Of a stretch of DNA of 64,000 bases, positions 9,426 through 19,610 are shown piece after piece. The DNA lies in assembly GCA_963820735.1 (NCBI GenBank), contig CAWGBA010000014.1:214210-278209 (forward strand), given 5' to 3'. Each line of letters starts with the position of its first letter. The first letter of the stretch is position 1. Position numbers and translations under genes: made by a program. The DNA is from an uncultured Chloroflexia bacterium (GTDB lineage Bacteria; Chloroflexota; Limnocylindria; Limnocylindrales; CSP1-4). Under the pieces are notes generated by a model, which worked only from the letters and a program-made list of their open reading frames with translations, was not told the origin of the DNA and made no database searches.

Positions 9426-11714
9426 TCAGCCGCGCACCACCGTCGAGCACGTGAGGGTCGCATCGATCTTCACGAAATCGTCGGCCCCCTGGGCCGAGAC
9501 CGTCACGTCGTTGCCGCCGTGGTCCTGGACGTTGACCTGCACGCTGCCGCCCTCGAAGCCCTGCTGCACCTGGAAGTCGCGCGTGTCCACGTCCTTGTCG
9601 GTGATCGCGCGGACATATGCGGTCGCGCCGCTGCCGGGCTCGCCGCCGTCGATCGTCACCTCGTAGATATCGTTGACCGGCTTGCTGACCAGGAAGCTGG
9701 CATGCCACTTGCCCGGCACGTTCGGTTTGAACGTCGCGCCCGGGGCGGGCAGCGGGCCGCCCGTGATGAATGAGCACTCGACGTCGCCATTCCCGGAGTA
9801 CGCGCCGGCGCCCGGGTGCGGCAGGTTCGAGCCTGGCTGGTCCTCGGCGTCAACCTTCCAGGACGTGGGCTGGCACGGGTCGCTGATTGCCCGAATGGTC
9901 CAATGGCCCGTTACCTCGGCGTCGTCCGTGTAGCCGTGGCTGTCCAGCACCAGGAGGACCTTGTCAAGGTCGTAGTCCGTGCGGCACAGGTCGTTCGAAC
10001 CGGTGGAGAGGTCCTGCTTGATCCAGTTGCCGGACTTGAGGTGGATCAAGGCGGTCGCGTCGAGCGCACTCGACGGCTGGAGACCGCTGAAGTCGAGCAC
10101 GAGCTTCTGCACGTTGTCGGGCACGTCGAGAATCCGGTAACGCTCCGACAGCGGTGGGAAGTCCTCGGGCACGTCGACCTTGTTGCCCGGCGCCGGGGCA
10201 CCCGCGATCTCGGGCGCAAGCGAGCGCTTCTCGGGATTGGTCGGACCCGTCTTGGGTAGCTGCCCGTCCTGCGCCTGCCAGCGCGGATCGATCGGATCCT
10301 GGGAGCCGTTGCCGCCTGGGAGGGTGGTGTTGAACGCGGTCACGGCGAACTGCCGGTAGTTGTCCGCGAACGAGAAGACGCCATCGAGGGCCGCGTTGAG
10401 TGCATTCCAGCCCGAAAGGCCGTCGAACGCGCTCCATGCCGCGCCCACCGTGTCGGGGCTTGCCTCCTGCTCCATCCAGTACGGCCAGACGAACGACATG
10501 TACGCGTTGCCGCCGGCAGTGCCTTCCAGCGAGGCGGTTGTCGACTCGTAGTCTTTGAGCCAGGGATAGACCCACCCCACCCGGCCGGATGGGACGAAGA
10601 ACTCCTCGGCCCACTTCGCCGACGCCTCCGTCATCCAGTGGTAGTTGCCACCGGCGAGCAGACCGGTCTCGTTGTGTGCGTCCTCGAGCACGTGGAAGAA
10701 CTCGTGGGCAAGGATCGAGTCGATGTCCGTCAAGCTCGTCCACGAGCGGTCGATCATCACGAAACCGCTCGACGCCTGCGCGCCAGGCGACCCCACGAAC
10801 GGGCTGGATGGGTACTCGACGCCGGCCTCCTGCGTGCCGACGTCGCGACAGATCCCGCCGCGCGTCAGGCATTGCTCGATGAGGTACACGTCGATGTTCG
10901 AATCGCCGCCTTCGTCGGCCGTGCCGTCGTCGGGGATCGGATCGCCCATCAGCTGGATCTCGTCGGGCACGACCGCCGCTAGGGCGTTCATCGCGGCCAC
11001 CAGGTCGTCGGTCGAGCGTCCGTTTCCGCACAGGCCCCAGACCGTGATGTTGAGCTCCTCGTTGGCGATCGATGCCCAGCCGTCCGGTCCGCATACCGGT
11101 TCGGCGGCGGCGCCTGCCGCGCGGAGACGTCCGTGCGAGATGGCGGACGAAGAGGGGCTGGCTGGGCTCGCCGGCGGCGAGCCACCACCCCCATGGAACA
11201 CGCTCGTCGGGTCGGTCGGTCGCACCAGGAATGGTTCGATCTGAGCACGGACATCCGCCGGCATCTGGTCGAGCTCCTGCTGCGCCGTGGCGATTGCGGC
11301 GCCGTCCTCTTCCGGCACGCCCGCCTGGTATTTCTGTGGCAGCTCGGGTGCACCGAACATTGCTTCGATGCGATAGAGCAGGGAAGTCGGCTCATCGATC
11401 GTGCCCGCCGCGAGATCGGCCTCGATCAGGGCCTTGGCGGTCGGAGGTGTCGGCTGGGCGGTCGGCTCGGCCTCAGGTGGAGTCGTTTGCGATGGCGATT
11501 CCGGAGCCGTTGTCGGGCCGGCCTCGGTAGCCGTCGCACTCACGGGTGCAGTCGATGGTGTGGGCGCAGAAGTCACTGGCGCCGAAGCTCCAGGCGCCGA
11601 GGCCGCGATCTGCGTGCTAGGTGGCGAGTTGGATGAGCACGCCGCAACCAGGACGGCCAATGCAACGATCAGCGCTCGACGCGCACGACCAATCAACCGA
11701 TCGCCGAGCACCAC
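9426..11714 (-). CDS. Secreted lipoprotein with an HExxH motif (putative zinc metalloprotease)
   Basis: 762-aa intact ORF. Lipobox LAVLVAACSS, a Pro/Thr/Ala-rich linker, and ILAHEFFHVLEDAHN. Confidence 0.7.
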   Translation of the reverse strand: MVLGDRLIGRARRALIVALAVLVAACSSNSPPSTQIAASAPGASAPVTSAPTPSTAPVSATATEAGPTTAPESPSQTTPPEAEPTAQPTPPTAKALIEADLAAGTIDEPTSLLYRIEAMFGAPELPQKYQAGVPEEDGAAIATAQQELDQMPADVRAQIEPFLVRPTDPTSVFHGGGGSPPASPASPSSSAISHGRLRAAGAAAEPVCGPDGWASIANEELNITVWGLCGNGRSTDDLVAAMNALAAVVPDEIQLMGDPIPDDGTADEGGDSNIDVYLIEQCLTRGGICRDVGTQEAGVEYPSSPFVGSPGAQASSGFVMIDRSWTSLTDIDSILAHEFFHVLEDAHNETGLLAGGNYHWMTEASAKWAEEFFVPSGRVGWVYPWLKDYESTTASLEGTAGGNAYMSFVWPYWMEQEASPDTVGAAWSAFDGLSGWNALNAALDGVFSFADNYRQFAVTAFNTTLPGGNGSQDPIDPRWQAQDGQLPKTGPTNPEKRSLAPEIAGAPAPGNKVDVPEDFPPLSERYRILDVPDNVQKLVLDFSGLQPSSALDATALIHLKSGNWIKQDLSTGSNDLCRTDYDLDKVLLVLDSHGYTDDAEVTGHWTIRAISDPCQPTSWKVDAEDQPGSNLPHPGAGAYSGNGDVECSFITGGPLPAPGATFKPNVPGKWHASFLVSKPVNDIYEVTIDGGEPGSGATAYVRAITDKDVDTRDFQVQQGFEGGSVQVNVQDHGGNDVTVSAQGADDFVKIDATLTCSTVVRG

Positions 11715-11787
11715 GGCCGCGCTCCGACTCGATCGCCAACCCCCGCGTCGATGCTACCGCCGATGTCGACGCCGCCGCGGCCAATGC

Positions 11788-14290
11788 CTACGGCAGGAAT
11801 TGCACCGCCGCCATCTCGGTGGCGCCGATCGCGGTCCCGTTGCCGCCGACGACCAGGTACGTGCCCTCGGGCGTGATCGTGAGGGCGTGTGCCTCTGCAT
11901 CGCCGTTCGCGGGCACGCTCGTGACGCCAGTTCCGTTGAAGGACGTGTCCGTTGTGCCGTTTCCATTGAAACGGCCGACGAACCAGGCGGGACTGGCACC
12001 GAACACCGTGCCGGTGACGACGATCTTGTTGCCGTCGGCCGCCACGGCGGCGGCTCCGACGCCCGTGGCGAGACCAAGACCGCTGAGCAACCGCCCATCA
12101 CCGTCCAGCCCGTTGTCCAGGTGGCCGTTGGTGAGGTAGCGCGTGACCCCGACGCGTTGCCCGTTCGACGTGGACACGGTTCCGGCGACGATGATCCGGC
12201 CGTCCGAGCGAATGACCATCGACGACGCCTCCGATGGCCCCGCGCTGAACGATGTGACCACGCGACCGCCGGTGCCGAAACCCTGGTCGAGGGTCCCGTT
12301 GCTGTTGAGCCGCGCCACCGCGTAGGACTCACCCGCCTGGTTGAACAGGGTGCCCGCGACCACGATCTTGCCGTCCGCCTGGATCGCGACCGCGTCCGCG
12401 GTCACGGACAGGCCGGTGAACGAGATCAGCTTTTTCCCGTCGCCGCTGAACGTGAGGTCCAGGCCGCCGCCCGACTTGTAGCGTGCGACCGCGATCTGCG
12501 ATCCCGCGGACCCGGCAACGACCAGCTTCCCGTCCGTCGCGATCGCTACGCTCGTTGCGGTCGCGTCGACGCCGGCGCCGAACGACGTCGTGACGACCCC
12601 GTCGCCACCGCCGAAGGTGGTGTCGAGGGCGCCGGTCGCGGTCCAGCGCACCACGGCAAACGTCCGGGGTCCCTGAGAGCAACTGGCGCAGCCGACGACC
12701 ACCGGCCGGTTGCCCGACGCGATCGCCACGCCTCGTCCAAACGAGTCGAGCTGCGACGGGTGATCCCCCGTTCCATCCGCGCCGAACGCCAGGTCGCGGT
12801 AGCCATTCGGGAGCAGCGCGACGATCTCCATCTCGCGTGGAGTGCCGGTGCTTGCGAACCCGGCCATGAACCGATCGCCGTTCGCTCCGACTGCGACCGA
12901 CTGCGCGACGTGGCGGTCAGTCGGGTCGAAACTGTCGCCGTACCCGGTGAGGCCGCCGGCGTGGAACGTCGAGTCGGGGTCGCCGGCTGCCGTCAGCTTG
13001 ACGGCGCCGAAATCGACGGTTCCATCCGCGATGGAGCCGCCGACGACCACGCTCCCTCCTGGCCCGACCCCTCCTCCGATCGCCCCGAATCTCGGTGGCG
13101 GCACGATCGACAGGATGCCGGTTCCGGCGAACCCGGACGCGGGGCTGCCATCGCTCTTCACCCGCGCGACGGCGATGCCGCCGCTACCCGCCGCTCCGAT
13201 GAGCGTGAGACGACCCTGGCCATCGATCGTCAGCGAGAGGACCCCGGTGAGCTCTGGGATGGAGATCAGCTTCTGGCCGTCGGCGTCGAACGCTGGATCG
13301 AGCGACCCGTTCGACCGGAACCTCGCCAGGATCGCGCGGTGCGGAGTGGCCTGTGTCCTGCCGGCAATGGTCACGGTGCCTGCGTTCGTCACGGAAATGT
13401 CCGCGGCCTGGGCGCCGCCGGGAATGTCGAAGAATGCGCGTCCCACCGAATCGCCAAAACCTGGCTGAGGGTCCAGGCCGGCACCGTCAAGCAACCAGAC
13501 ACCGATCTCGTCGTGGCCTGTGCCGTCGTCATCCACATCCACGAGGTCGGCGATCAGCGAGCCATCTGGTGAGACCGCGAGCGCGATCAGTCGCGCTGCC
13601 GTTCGACCCAAAGTCCAAGCCGGACTCGTTGATGAAGCCGCCGCTCGAATTGAGCAGGCGCGTGATGTTCTGGCGTGGGCCGCTGCTGACCAGAACCCCG
13701 CCCAGGACGATCTTGTGATCCGGCTCGATCGCGATGTGGAAATAGTGGTTGGTCGAGGGCAGCGGCGGAGAGGACGTCGGCGTCAACTCGAGGATTCCAT
13801 CGCCGTCGAACGATGTGTCGGCCGAGCCGTCGGCCTTCAGCCGGAAGATATACGTCGCGGTGACGCTGTTCGAGCGCGCGAGCCCGACGATGTTCCCATT
13901 GCTTGGGTCGAGCGCGAAGTCGACGAACGTCGAGAACGTCGGGAGCGGGAAGATGACCTGCCCACCGGTGCCAAAGCCGTTGTCGACGCCTCCACCGCTG
14001 GTGCGCTGGACGAACGCGGGATCGACGTCAGCGCGGTTGGTGTCGTTGGGCCGCTGCGAGGTGCCGCCGATCAGGAACTGCCCACCCGGCCGAACGAACG
14101 CTCGCTCGGGTCGATCGTCGGTGGATCGGACGTCAAAGGCAGCAAAGCCCGGGGCGAAGGCCGTGTCGACCTGGTTCGCCGCGGCCACCGGTGTCGCGAA
14201 CGTCAGGACGATCGCCGACGCGGCCACGCAGGCCAGGGCGCCGACGCTTGCTCGGTGATGGAGCCGATTGCCAACGCCAGGAAGCTTCAC
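11788..14290 (-). CDS. Delta-60 repeat (beta-propeller) secreted protein; apparent frameshift near 13610
   Basis: Repeated LD.TFG.GDG.V...F......A.AVA...DGKIVVAG units. The signal-peptide part is ORF 13529..14290 (...GFINESGLDFGS). The protein continues in ORF 11788..13611 (GRTAARLIALAVSPDGSLIA...). Confidence 0.75.
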
Positions 14291-14311
14291 CGATGATTCC
14301 CTCCCGCCAAT

Positions 14312-14911
14312 TCAGAGCGTGTGCGTGAAGTACGCAAACCCGCTGGTGAGCCAGATGAGGACGAAGCAGACGGCAACGATGCGACCGATCCACGGGGCCG
14401 TGTCATACGCCAGGTACGGACGCCAGCGGATCAGCGCGAACTTGATCGCCAATAGGGAGAAGGCGATGGATCCGCAGATCGCGTGAACGGCAACGCGCAA
14501 CGGGTCGTGCGGCGCGCCGATGTCGGTGATGCAGAAGTACGCGATGGCCGCGGCGAGCAGGATCAGGATCCGGCCGCCCCAGCGATGCACGCGCATCATC
14601 GAGCGCATCTTGATGTGGCCTCTCGGCAGGTGGCCGAGAACCGACTCCATCGTGTAGAACTGGCTGAACGTCAGCAACACCACGACCGTCGCGCCGGCCG
14701 CCTTGATCGCGGCTTTCTGGTCGACGAAGTAGTAGGCCGGCTGCGCGATTCCGACGAACGTGAGCACGAGTAGCGCGACCGCCCAGATCCCGAAGACGGC
14801 GGTGACGACCAGGACAACGTCGGTCAGCCAGTCAGGAGCGCGCGTCTTGCGCTCGTAGACCTTTGGCGCCGCGGGCGCGGCAGGCACCGGGTTGGTGGGA
14901 TCGGCCGTCAC
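14312..14911 (-). CDS. Integral membrane protein (about 4-5 TM), unknown function
   Basis: The C-terminal 200 aa of ORF 14312..15322 are hydrophobic-helix rich (DVVLVVTAVFGIWAVALLVLTFVGI..., RILILLAAAIAYFCI...). The upstream part is Arg-rich and not protein-like. A GTG at 14911 is proposed as the start. Confidence 0.6.
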   Translation of the reverse strand: MTADPTNPVPAAPAAPKVYERKTRAPDWLTDVVLVVTAVFGIWAVALLVLTFVGIAQPAYYFVDQKAAIKAAGATVVVLLTFSQFYTMESVLGHLPRGHIKMRSMMRVHRWGGRILILLAAAIAYFCITDIGAPHDPLRVAVHAICGSIAFSLLAIKFALIRWRPYLAYDTAPWIGRIVAVCFVLIWLTSGFAYFTHTL

Positions 14912-15344
14912 AGCGCGGATCGTATGCGGCCGCGCAAGCCATCGGTTGCCCGAATCCGGCGGGCGGTGAGCGGCTGAGGTGGCGGCGATTGCCCGGCCGC
15001 GCGCGGGTTTCCCTTCAAATTGGCATCCCACGGTCAATCGAAGGCGAGTCGGTTGGAACTTCTTTCGAATTTCCACACCACGGGCGTTCGCTCGGATCTC
15101 GCGGCTTCCAGTCGTCGGCGAACCGCGTGTTCTCTGTGGTTCGGCGCGGATCTGTGCACGACCACGCATACGTCCCGGCACTCGTCGAGGTCGCAGCGCC
15201 TCCGACCAACGATGCGTTCGAGCGAGCGACCATGACTTGCCAATACGAAGGAAACGACGGCGCGAGCGTGTGCGGGGATTGCCCGGCCGCGCGAGGGTAC
15301 GAGCGGAATGCGCGCCCGACACGCGACCGTCACCCGCGCCAAGG

Positions 15345-15485
15345 CTAGGTGATCGGGCCGCCGCGGAAGATCCACTGGACGCCGAGTCTGATCAGCGTCA
15401 GATCCCCGCCGAGGCAGTCGCGATAGAAGGCCATCGCCTCGGCACAGTTGCCGTCGAACAGCAGAAATGGCGCGGACGTGATCAT
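15345..15485 (-). pseudogene. Internally deleted remnant of a PhnB/YjdN-like (VOC superfamily) gene
   Basis: 46-aa ORF with a good RBS (AAGGGAG-N5-ATG): MITSAPFLLFDGNCAEAMAFYRDCLGGDLTL | IRLGVQWIFRGGPIT. The N-terminal 30 aa match the family start (P.L.FdGnceEAm.FY). The tail resembles the family C-terminus (FGvqWmi). About 90 aa are missing from the middle. Confidence 0.5.
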
Positions 15486-15618
15486 GCGTTCTCCCTTCTG
15501 CCTCGGACGCGCGCATCAGGACCTCAGCCGGAAGAGCCGACGCATGCAGCTCAAGCCCTTTCAGTTCGTGGTCACCTGCGTTCTCGAGGTTGAGCCCCGA
15601 GCCGCCGGCAAGTTCAGC

Positions 15619-16035
15619 CTACGATCGGACCACGACACCTTCGACTTCGGCCGCCTTCGCGAGTGCCCGATCGTATGTTGCGAGTTCTCCGTCGACGTCA
15701 AGGGCAAGTTGAAGGTAGGCCGCGTCATACGTGGTGAGCCTGTGCCTTCGCGCAAGGCCAATCGCATCCGTCACTGCCACCAATCCTCGATCCGCCGTCT
15801 CGACTCCGGCCTCGCCGAGCAGGGTCAGGTCGCGCACCATCTGTGCCTCCGAGGCACGGGTATGGACGAGGGCATTCGCCGTCTCAAGCCAGAAGTGCGC
15901 CGGGACGAGCTTCATGCCGTAGTCGGACGTGGTTGCGAGCAGAAGCTCGACCGCAGCAGGGGATCCGTCGAGAGCCTCGATCGCGAAACTCGCATCGACG
16001 ACGAGAGGTGGCCGGAACGCCTGGAACGTGGTCAC
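15619..16035 (-). CDS. vapC: PIN-domain toxin VapC
   Basis: 138 aa. LVVDASFAIE near the N-terminus and TYDAAYLQLA near the C-terminus. 4-nt overlap with the upstream antitoxin gene. Confidence 0.85.
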   Translation of the reverse strand: MTTFQAFRPPLVVDASFAIEALDGSPAAVELLLATTSDYGMKLVPAHFWLETANALVHTRASEAQMVRDLTLLGEAGVETADRGLVAVTDAIGLARRHRLTTYDAAYLQLALDVDGELATYDRALAKAAEVEGVVVRS

Positions 16036-16355
16036 TGACCGCGCTTCGCGTTTCGGGCCTCTTCGACGACTTCGAGCAGGTGGTCGGTTCGTTCGTCACG
16101 TTGACGCCGGATCAAGTCCGCGGCGTTCTCCCCAGTCGGCATGGGGTACCGCTTGGCTCGTCGCCGGATCTCCTCGATCGCAGCGAGCTGTCGCTTGCGC
16201 TTCTCCTCGGGGTCGATCTGTGCGAGGTCGGACAGCGGAACGATCGCAGCGACCGGGTGACCGGCACGCTCGATCACGATCCGTTCGCCGCCAGCCGCCT
16301 GATCGACGATCTCGCCGAAGCGCTTGCGCATCTCGATTGCCGTGACGGTTCTCAT
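16032..16355 (-). CDS. Phd/YefM-type antitoxin
   Basis: MRTVTAIEMRKRFGEIVDQAAGGERIVIERAGHPVAAIVPLSDL is a typical Phd/YefM N-terminus. The gene overlaps vapC. Confidence 0.8.
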   Translation of the reverse strand: MRTVTAIEMRKRFGEIVDQAAGGERIVIERAGHPVAAIVPLSDLAQIDPEEKRKRQLAAIEEIRRRAKRYPMPTGENAADLIRRQRDERTDHLLEVVEEARNAKRGQ

Positions 16356-16392
16356 AGCACCATCATAGGATCATGAGAGTGCTGTGTCGACG

Positions 16393-17022
16393 TCAGCCGC
16401 CCATGTTGGGGTGACGAACCTCGGCGTGCCGTACGACGTAGCGCAGATGCGTGACGTAGGCGCCTTCGATGATCGAGGGCCCGTCGAGCAGCACCGGTCC
16501 CCGGCCGAAGGGCGGGAAGAACGGCGTGCCGCCGCCCAGCACGACCGGGATGAGGTCGAACCAGATCTCGTCGAGCAGTCCGAGCTCGAGGCACTGGCTG
16601 GTCAGCGAGCCGGCCGCCACGCCGACGTTCCGCTCACCGGCAATTCCCCGCGCGACCTCGATGGCGCTCGCGACGCCGTCCGTGACGAACGTGAATGGCG
16701 CATCCGGATGCGAGTTGACCCATTTCGAGGGCACGCCGTGCGTGACCACGACGACCGGCCGATCGAGCGGGTGGATGCCGCCCCATCCGTCGGTGAGGTC
16801 GAACAGCCGGCGGCCGACGACGAGCGCGCCAACTCCTTCGACGTAATCGCGGAGGTATTCGTGGTCCGCGGCCTGGAGCCGGAACTGGACGTCGGGGTGG
16901 GCGCTGGGAAACTCCTGCTCGCCGGCGTTGTACCAGGCGAAGAGATGCTCGAACCCCGTCTCGCCCGGGCCAGCGATATAGCCGTCGATCGAGACGCTTG
17001 CGCCAGTCAGAACGTTGCCCAT
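16393..17022 (-). CDS. Dihydrofolate reductase family protein (RibD C-terminal domain)
   Basis: SVSIDGYIAGP..., ALVVGRRLFD..., VGVAAGSLTSQCLELGLLDEIWFDLIPVVLGGGTPFF. Confidence 0.8.
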   Translation of the reverse strand: MGNVLTGASVSIDGYIAGPGETGFEHLFAWYNAGEQEFPSAHPDVQFRLQAADHEYLRDYVEGVGALVVGRRLFDLTDGWGGIHPLDRPVVVVTHGVPSKWVNSHPDAPFTFVTDGVASAIEVARGIAGERNVGVAAGSLTSQCLELGLLDEIWFDLIPVVLGGGTPFFPPFGRGPVLLDGPSIIEGAYVTHLRYVVRHAEVRHPNMGG

Positions 17023-17097
17023 GGTCGCGACTCCTTGAACCGCCGTTCGCGCCAGCGTGAACGAGTCGCACCGGCCGTCGCAAGAGGCACTTCCCGG

Positions 17098-17941
17098 CTA
17101 TCGGAGGTCGGCCGGTCCTCGAACCACCCGCACGTCGCCATCGTGGCGGAAGCCCATCCGGAGGTAGATCGGAAACCCCTGCGGCGACGCGTGGAGCGCG
17201 GCGAACGTCGCGTCGAGCTCCTTCGCGCGGAACAGGAGCGCGAGGGTGACCGCGTACCCGATGCCGCGGCCGCGTGCCTCGTCGAGCGTGCCGACGTTGA
17301 GGATTCCGCCGACGCCATCGTCGAGCCACAGCGTTCCGGAACCGACCATCCGGCCACCGACGTGCGCGACCGCGACGACGACGCACGGGTTGCTGACGAT
17401 CGCGGGCACGGACAACGCGTCGGCAACCGACTCGACGGCCCGTTGGGGACGACCGAACGCGGTGCCGGCAACGATCTGCGACTGGTGCATGGTTTCGGCA
17501 TCGGTCGCCCAGCCGAGCTCCACGCCCGCGGGAGCCTCCAACCGAGGCAGATCCTCGAGGTCGTCGGCTCATCACCGGGTAGTCGCGGGTGTGCTCGTAG
17601 CCGTGCTCGACCAGCAGCCGTTCCAGGCTCTCGGGTCGAGCGCCCGGATCGAGCCACCAGTTCACCGCCGTGCCTGCTGCGCGAGCCTCGGCTTCCACTC
17701 GCGCCACCGCCGCGGGTGCCTCTTCTTCGCTCAATCGTGGAACGAGCACACGATCGAGGCTGGGCAGTCCGTGCCTCGAGAGGATCAGCGTGCCGGTGCC
17801 GGCTCCGGCCAAGTCGAACGTCCGGTAGCCGGGCACCGTCTCGGCGACGCTCCGGAGCACGCCGGCGTAGGCGACGAACGGGTTGACGGGCACATCCACG
17901 AATCGATTGTGGTGCCGCGTGCGACGATCTGCCTCGCCCAT
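17098..17941 (-). CDS. GNAT acetyltransferase; apparent frameshift near 17567
   Basis: The C-terminal GNAT core is in ORF 17098..17541 (VVAVAHVGGRMVGSGTLW...LDEARGRGIGYAVTLAL). The N-terminal part lies inside ORF 16634..18511 (MGEADRR...LLVEHGYEHTRDYPVM). The join ...DYPVMS/DDLEDLPRLEAPAGVELGW needs a 1-nt shift. Confidence 0.65.
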
Positions 17942-19610
17942 GTCCACGGCCACGACGAACCGCTCATTCCTGGCCGGCGTTCGTTCGTCCGACACCTGGT
18001 CGCCACTCGGCAACAGCGTCTTCCGCGCGCTCTGGTTCGCGGTCCTGCTGACGCAGATCGGCAACTGGATGGCGACCGTCGGTGCGCAGTGGGTGCTCGT
18101 CAGCCAGCCGAACAACGAGACGCTGGTCGCGCTCGTCCAGACCGCCGACACGCTGCCGGTGATGCTGCTGGCGCTGCCGGCCGGCGTGCTGGCGGACGCG
18201 TTCGACCGGCGCCTCCTGCTGCTCTCGATCCAGGTGTTCCTTGCGATCAACGCAACGATGCTCGCATTCCTGTCCGCGACGAACGCGCTGACGCCCGCCC
18301 TGCTGCTGCTCCTGACCTTCCTGGATGGTGCCGGTGCCGGCGTCACAGCTCCGACGTGGCAGGCGATGATCCCCGACCTGATCCCGCGCTCACAGTTGCG
18401 CTCGGCTGCCGTCCTCGGCTCGGTCAGCGTCAACGTTGGCCGCGCGATCGGTCCCGCGATTGCCGGCGTGCTGATCGCCCTGGTCGGAGTGGGGGCCGTG
18501 TTCGGCTTCAACGCCCTGACCTACTTCATCTTCGCGTTGGTGCTGCTCCGCTCCCGCGTGCCGCACGAGGCGCACGAGTCGCGGCGCGAGCGCTTCCTGC
18601 CCGCGTTGCGAGTCGGCAGTGCCTACGTGCGCTGGTCGCCCTTCGTGCGCAGCGTGCTCGTTCGCGCGGCGCTGTTCCTGTTGCCTGCGATCGCGGTGTG
18701 GGCGCTGCTACCGCTGGTCGCAACCGATCTCCTGGGCCTGGACGCCGCGGGGTACGGCGTCCTGCTCGGCGCGCTCGGAGTCGGCGCGATCGGTGGCGTC
18801 GTCGTGATCGGGCGAATCCGTGCACGCTGGACCGACGATCTGTTGATCGCGCGCATGAGCCTCGTCTATGCGGTCGCAATGGCGGTGGTTGTGCTCGTAC
18901 CGAGCGTCTTCGCGGTCATCGCGGCACTGCTGTTCGCCGGGCTCGCGTGGATGGCGGTGCTGTCGACTGTGAACGCGACGCTCCAGCTGTTCCTGCCCGG
19001 CTGGGTGCGCGCCCGCGGTCTCGCGATCTACATGATCGTGCTGTTCGGCTCCCAGGCGATCGGCGCTGCCGCGTGGGGGTTCATCGCCAGCGCAATCGGG
19101 CTGGTGCCAGCGGTCGTTGCGGCGGCGATCGTGATGGCGGCGGGTATCGCGCTGGGCCGGCTGTGGCGGCTGCAGGACGTCTCGTCGCTGGATCGTGGGC
19201 CGGCACAACCGTGGCCCGAGGCGCGGCTCGCCTTCCAACCCGACCTGGACATCGGCCCCGTGATCGTCGAGGGCCACTTCCGCGTTCCGGCGGCGAACGC
19301 GGACGCGTTCATCGAAGCGATGGAGCGCGTCGAGCGCACAAGGCGTCGAACCGGTGCGACGGATTGGCAGCTCCTGCGAGACGGCGAGGACCCGACACGC
19401 TTCGTCGAGCTGTTCGAGGTGCCGTCATGGGACGCTCACGCTCGACAGCACCGCGGACGGCTGACCGGCAGCGACGCCGAAGCCGAGAACGCCGCGCATG
19501 CGCTGACCAGCGAGATCGGCGAGGTGCGCCACTACTTCCCCGCGGACGCGGTCCCCGACGTGAACCTCGATGAATCGGATGTGACCGTGCCGGCCGAGCC
19601 GGAGACCTAG
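17940..19610 (+). CDS. MFS transporter (EntS/MFS_3-like) with a C-terminal ABM-like domain
   Basis: 12-TM-like profile starting FRALWFAVLLTQIGNWM. The soluble tail EGHFRVPAANADAFIEAMERVERTRRRTGATDWQLLRD...FEVPSWDAHARQH is ABM-like. The start is taken at the internal ATG 17940 (MSTATTNRS...). Confidence 0.8.
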   Translation: MSTATTNRSFLAGVRSSDTWSPLGNSVFRALWFAVLLTQIGNWMATVGAQWVLVSQPNNETLVALVQTADTLPVMLLALPAGVLADAFDRRLLLLSIQVFLAINATMLAFLSATNALTPALLLLLTFLDGAGAGVTAPTWQAMIPDLIPRSQLRSAAVLGSVSVNVGRAIGPAIAGVLIALVGVGAVFGFNALTYFIFALVLLRSRVPHEAHESRRERFLPALRVGSAYVRWSPFVRSVLVRAALFLLPAIAVWALLPLVATDLLGLDAAGYGVLLGALGVGAIGGVVVIGRIRARWTDDLLIARMSLVYAVAMAVVVLVPSVFAVIAALLFAGLAWMAVLSTVNATLQLFLPGWVRARGLAIYMIVLFGSQAIGAAAWGFIASAIGLVPAVVAAAIVMAAGIALGRLWRLQDVSSLDRGPAQPWPEARLAFQPDLDIGPVIVEGHFRVPAANADAFIEAMERVERTRRRTGATDWQLLRDGEDPTRFVELFEVPSWDAHARQHRGRLTGSDAEAENAAHALTSEIGEVRHYFPADAVPDVNLDESDVTVPAEPET

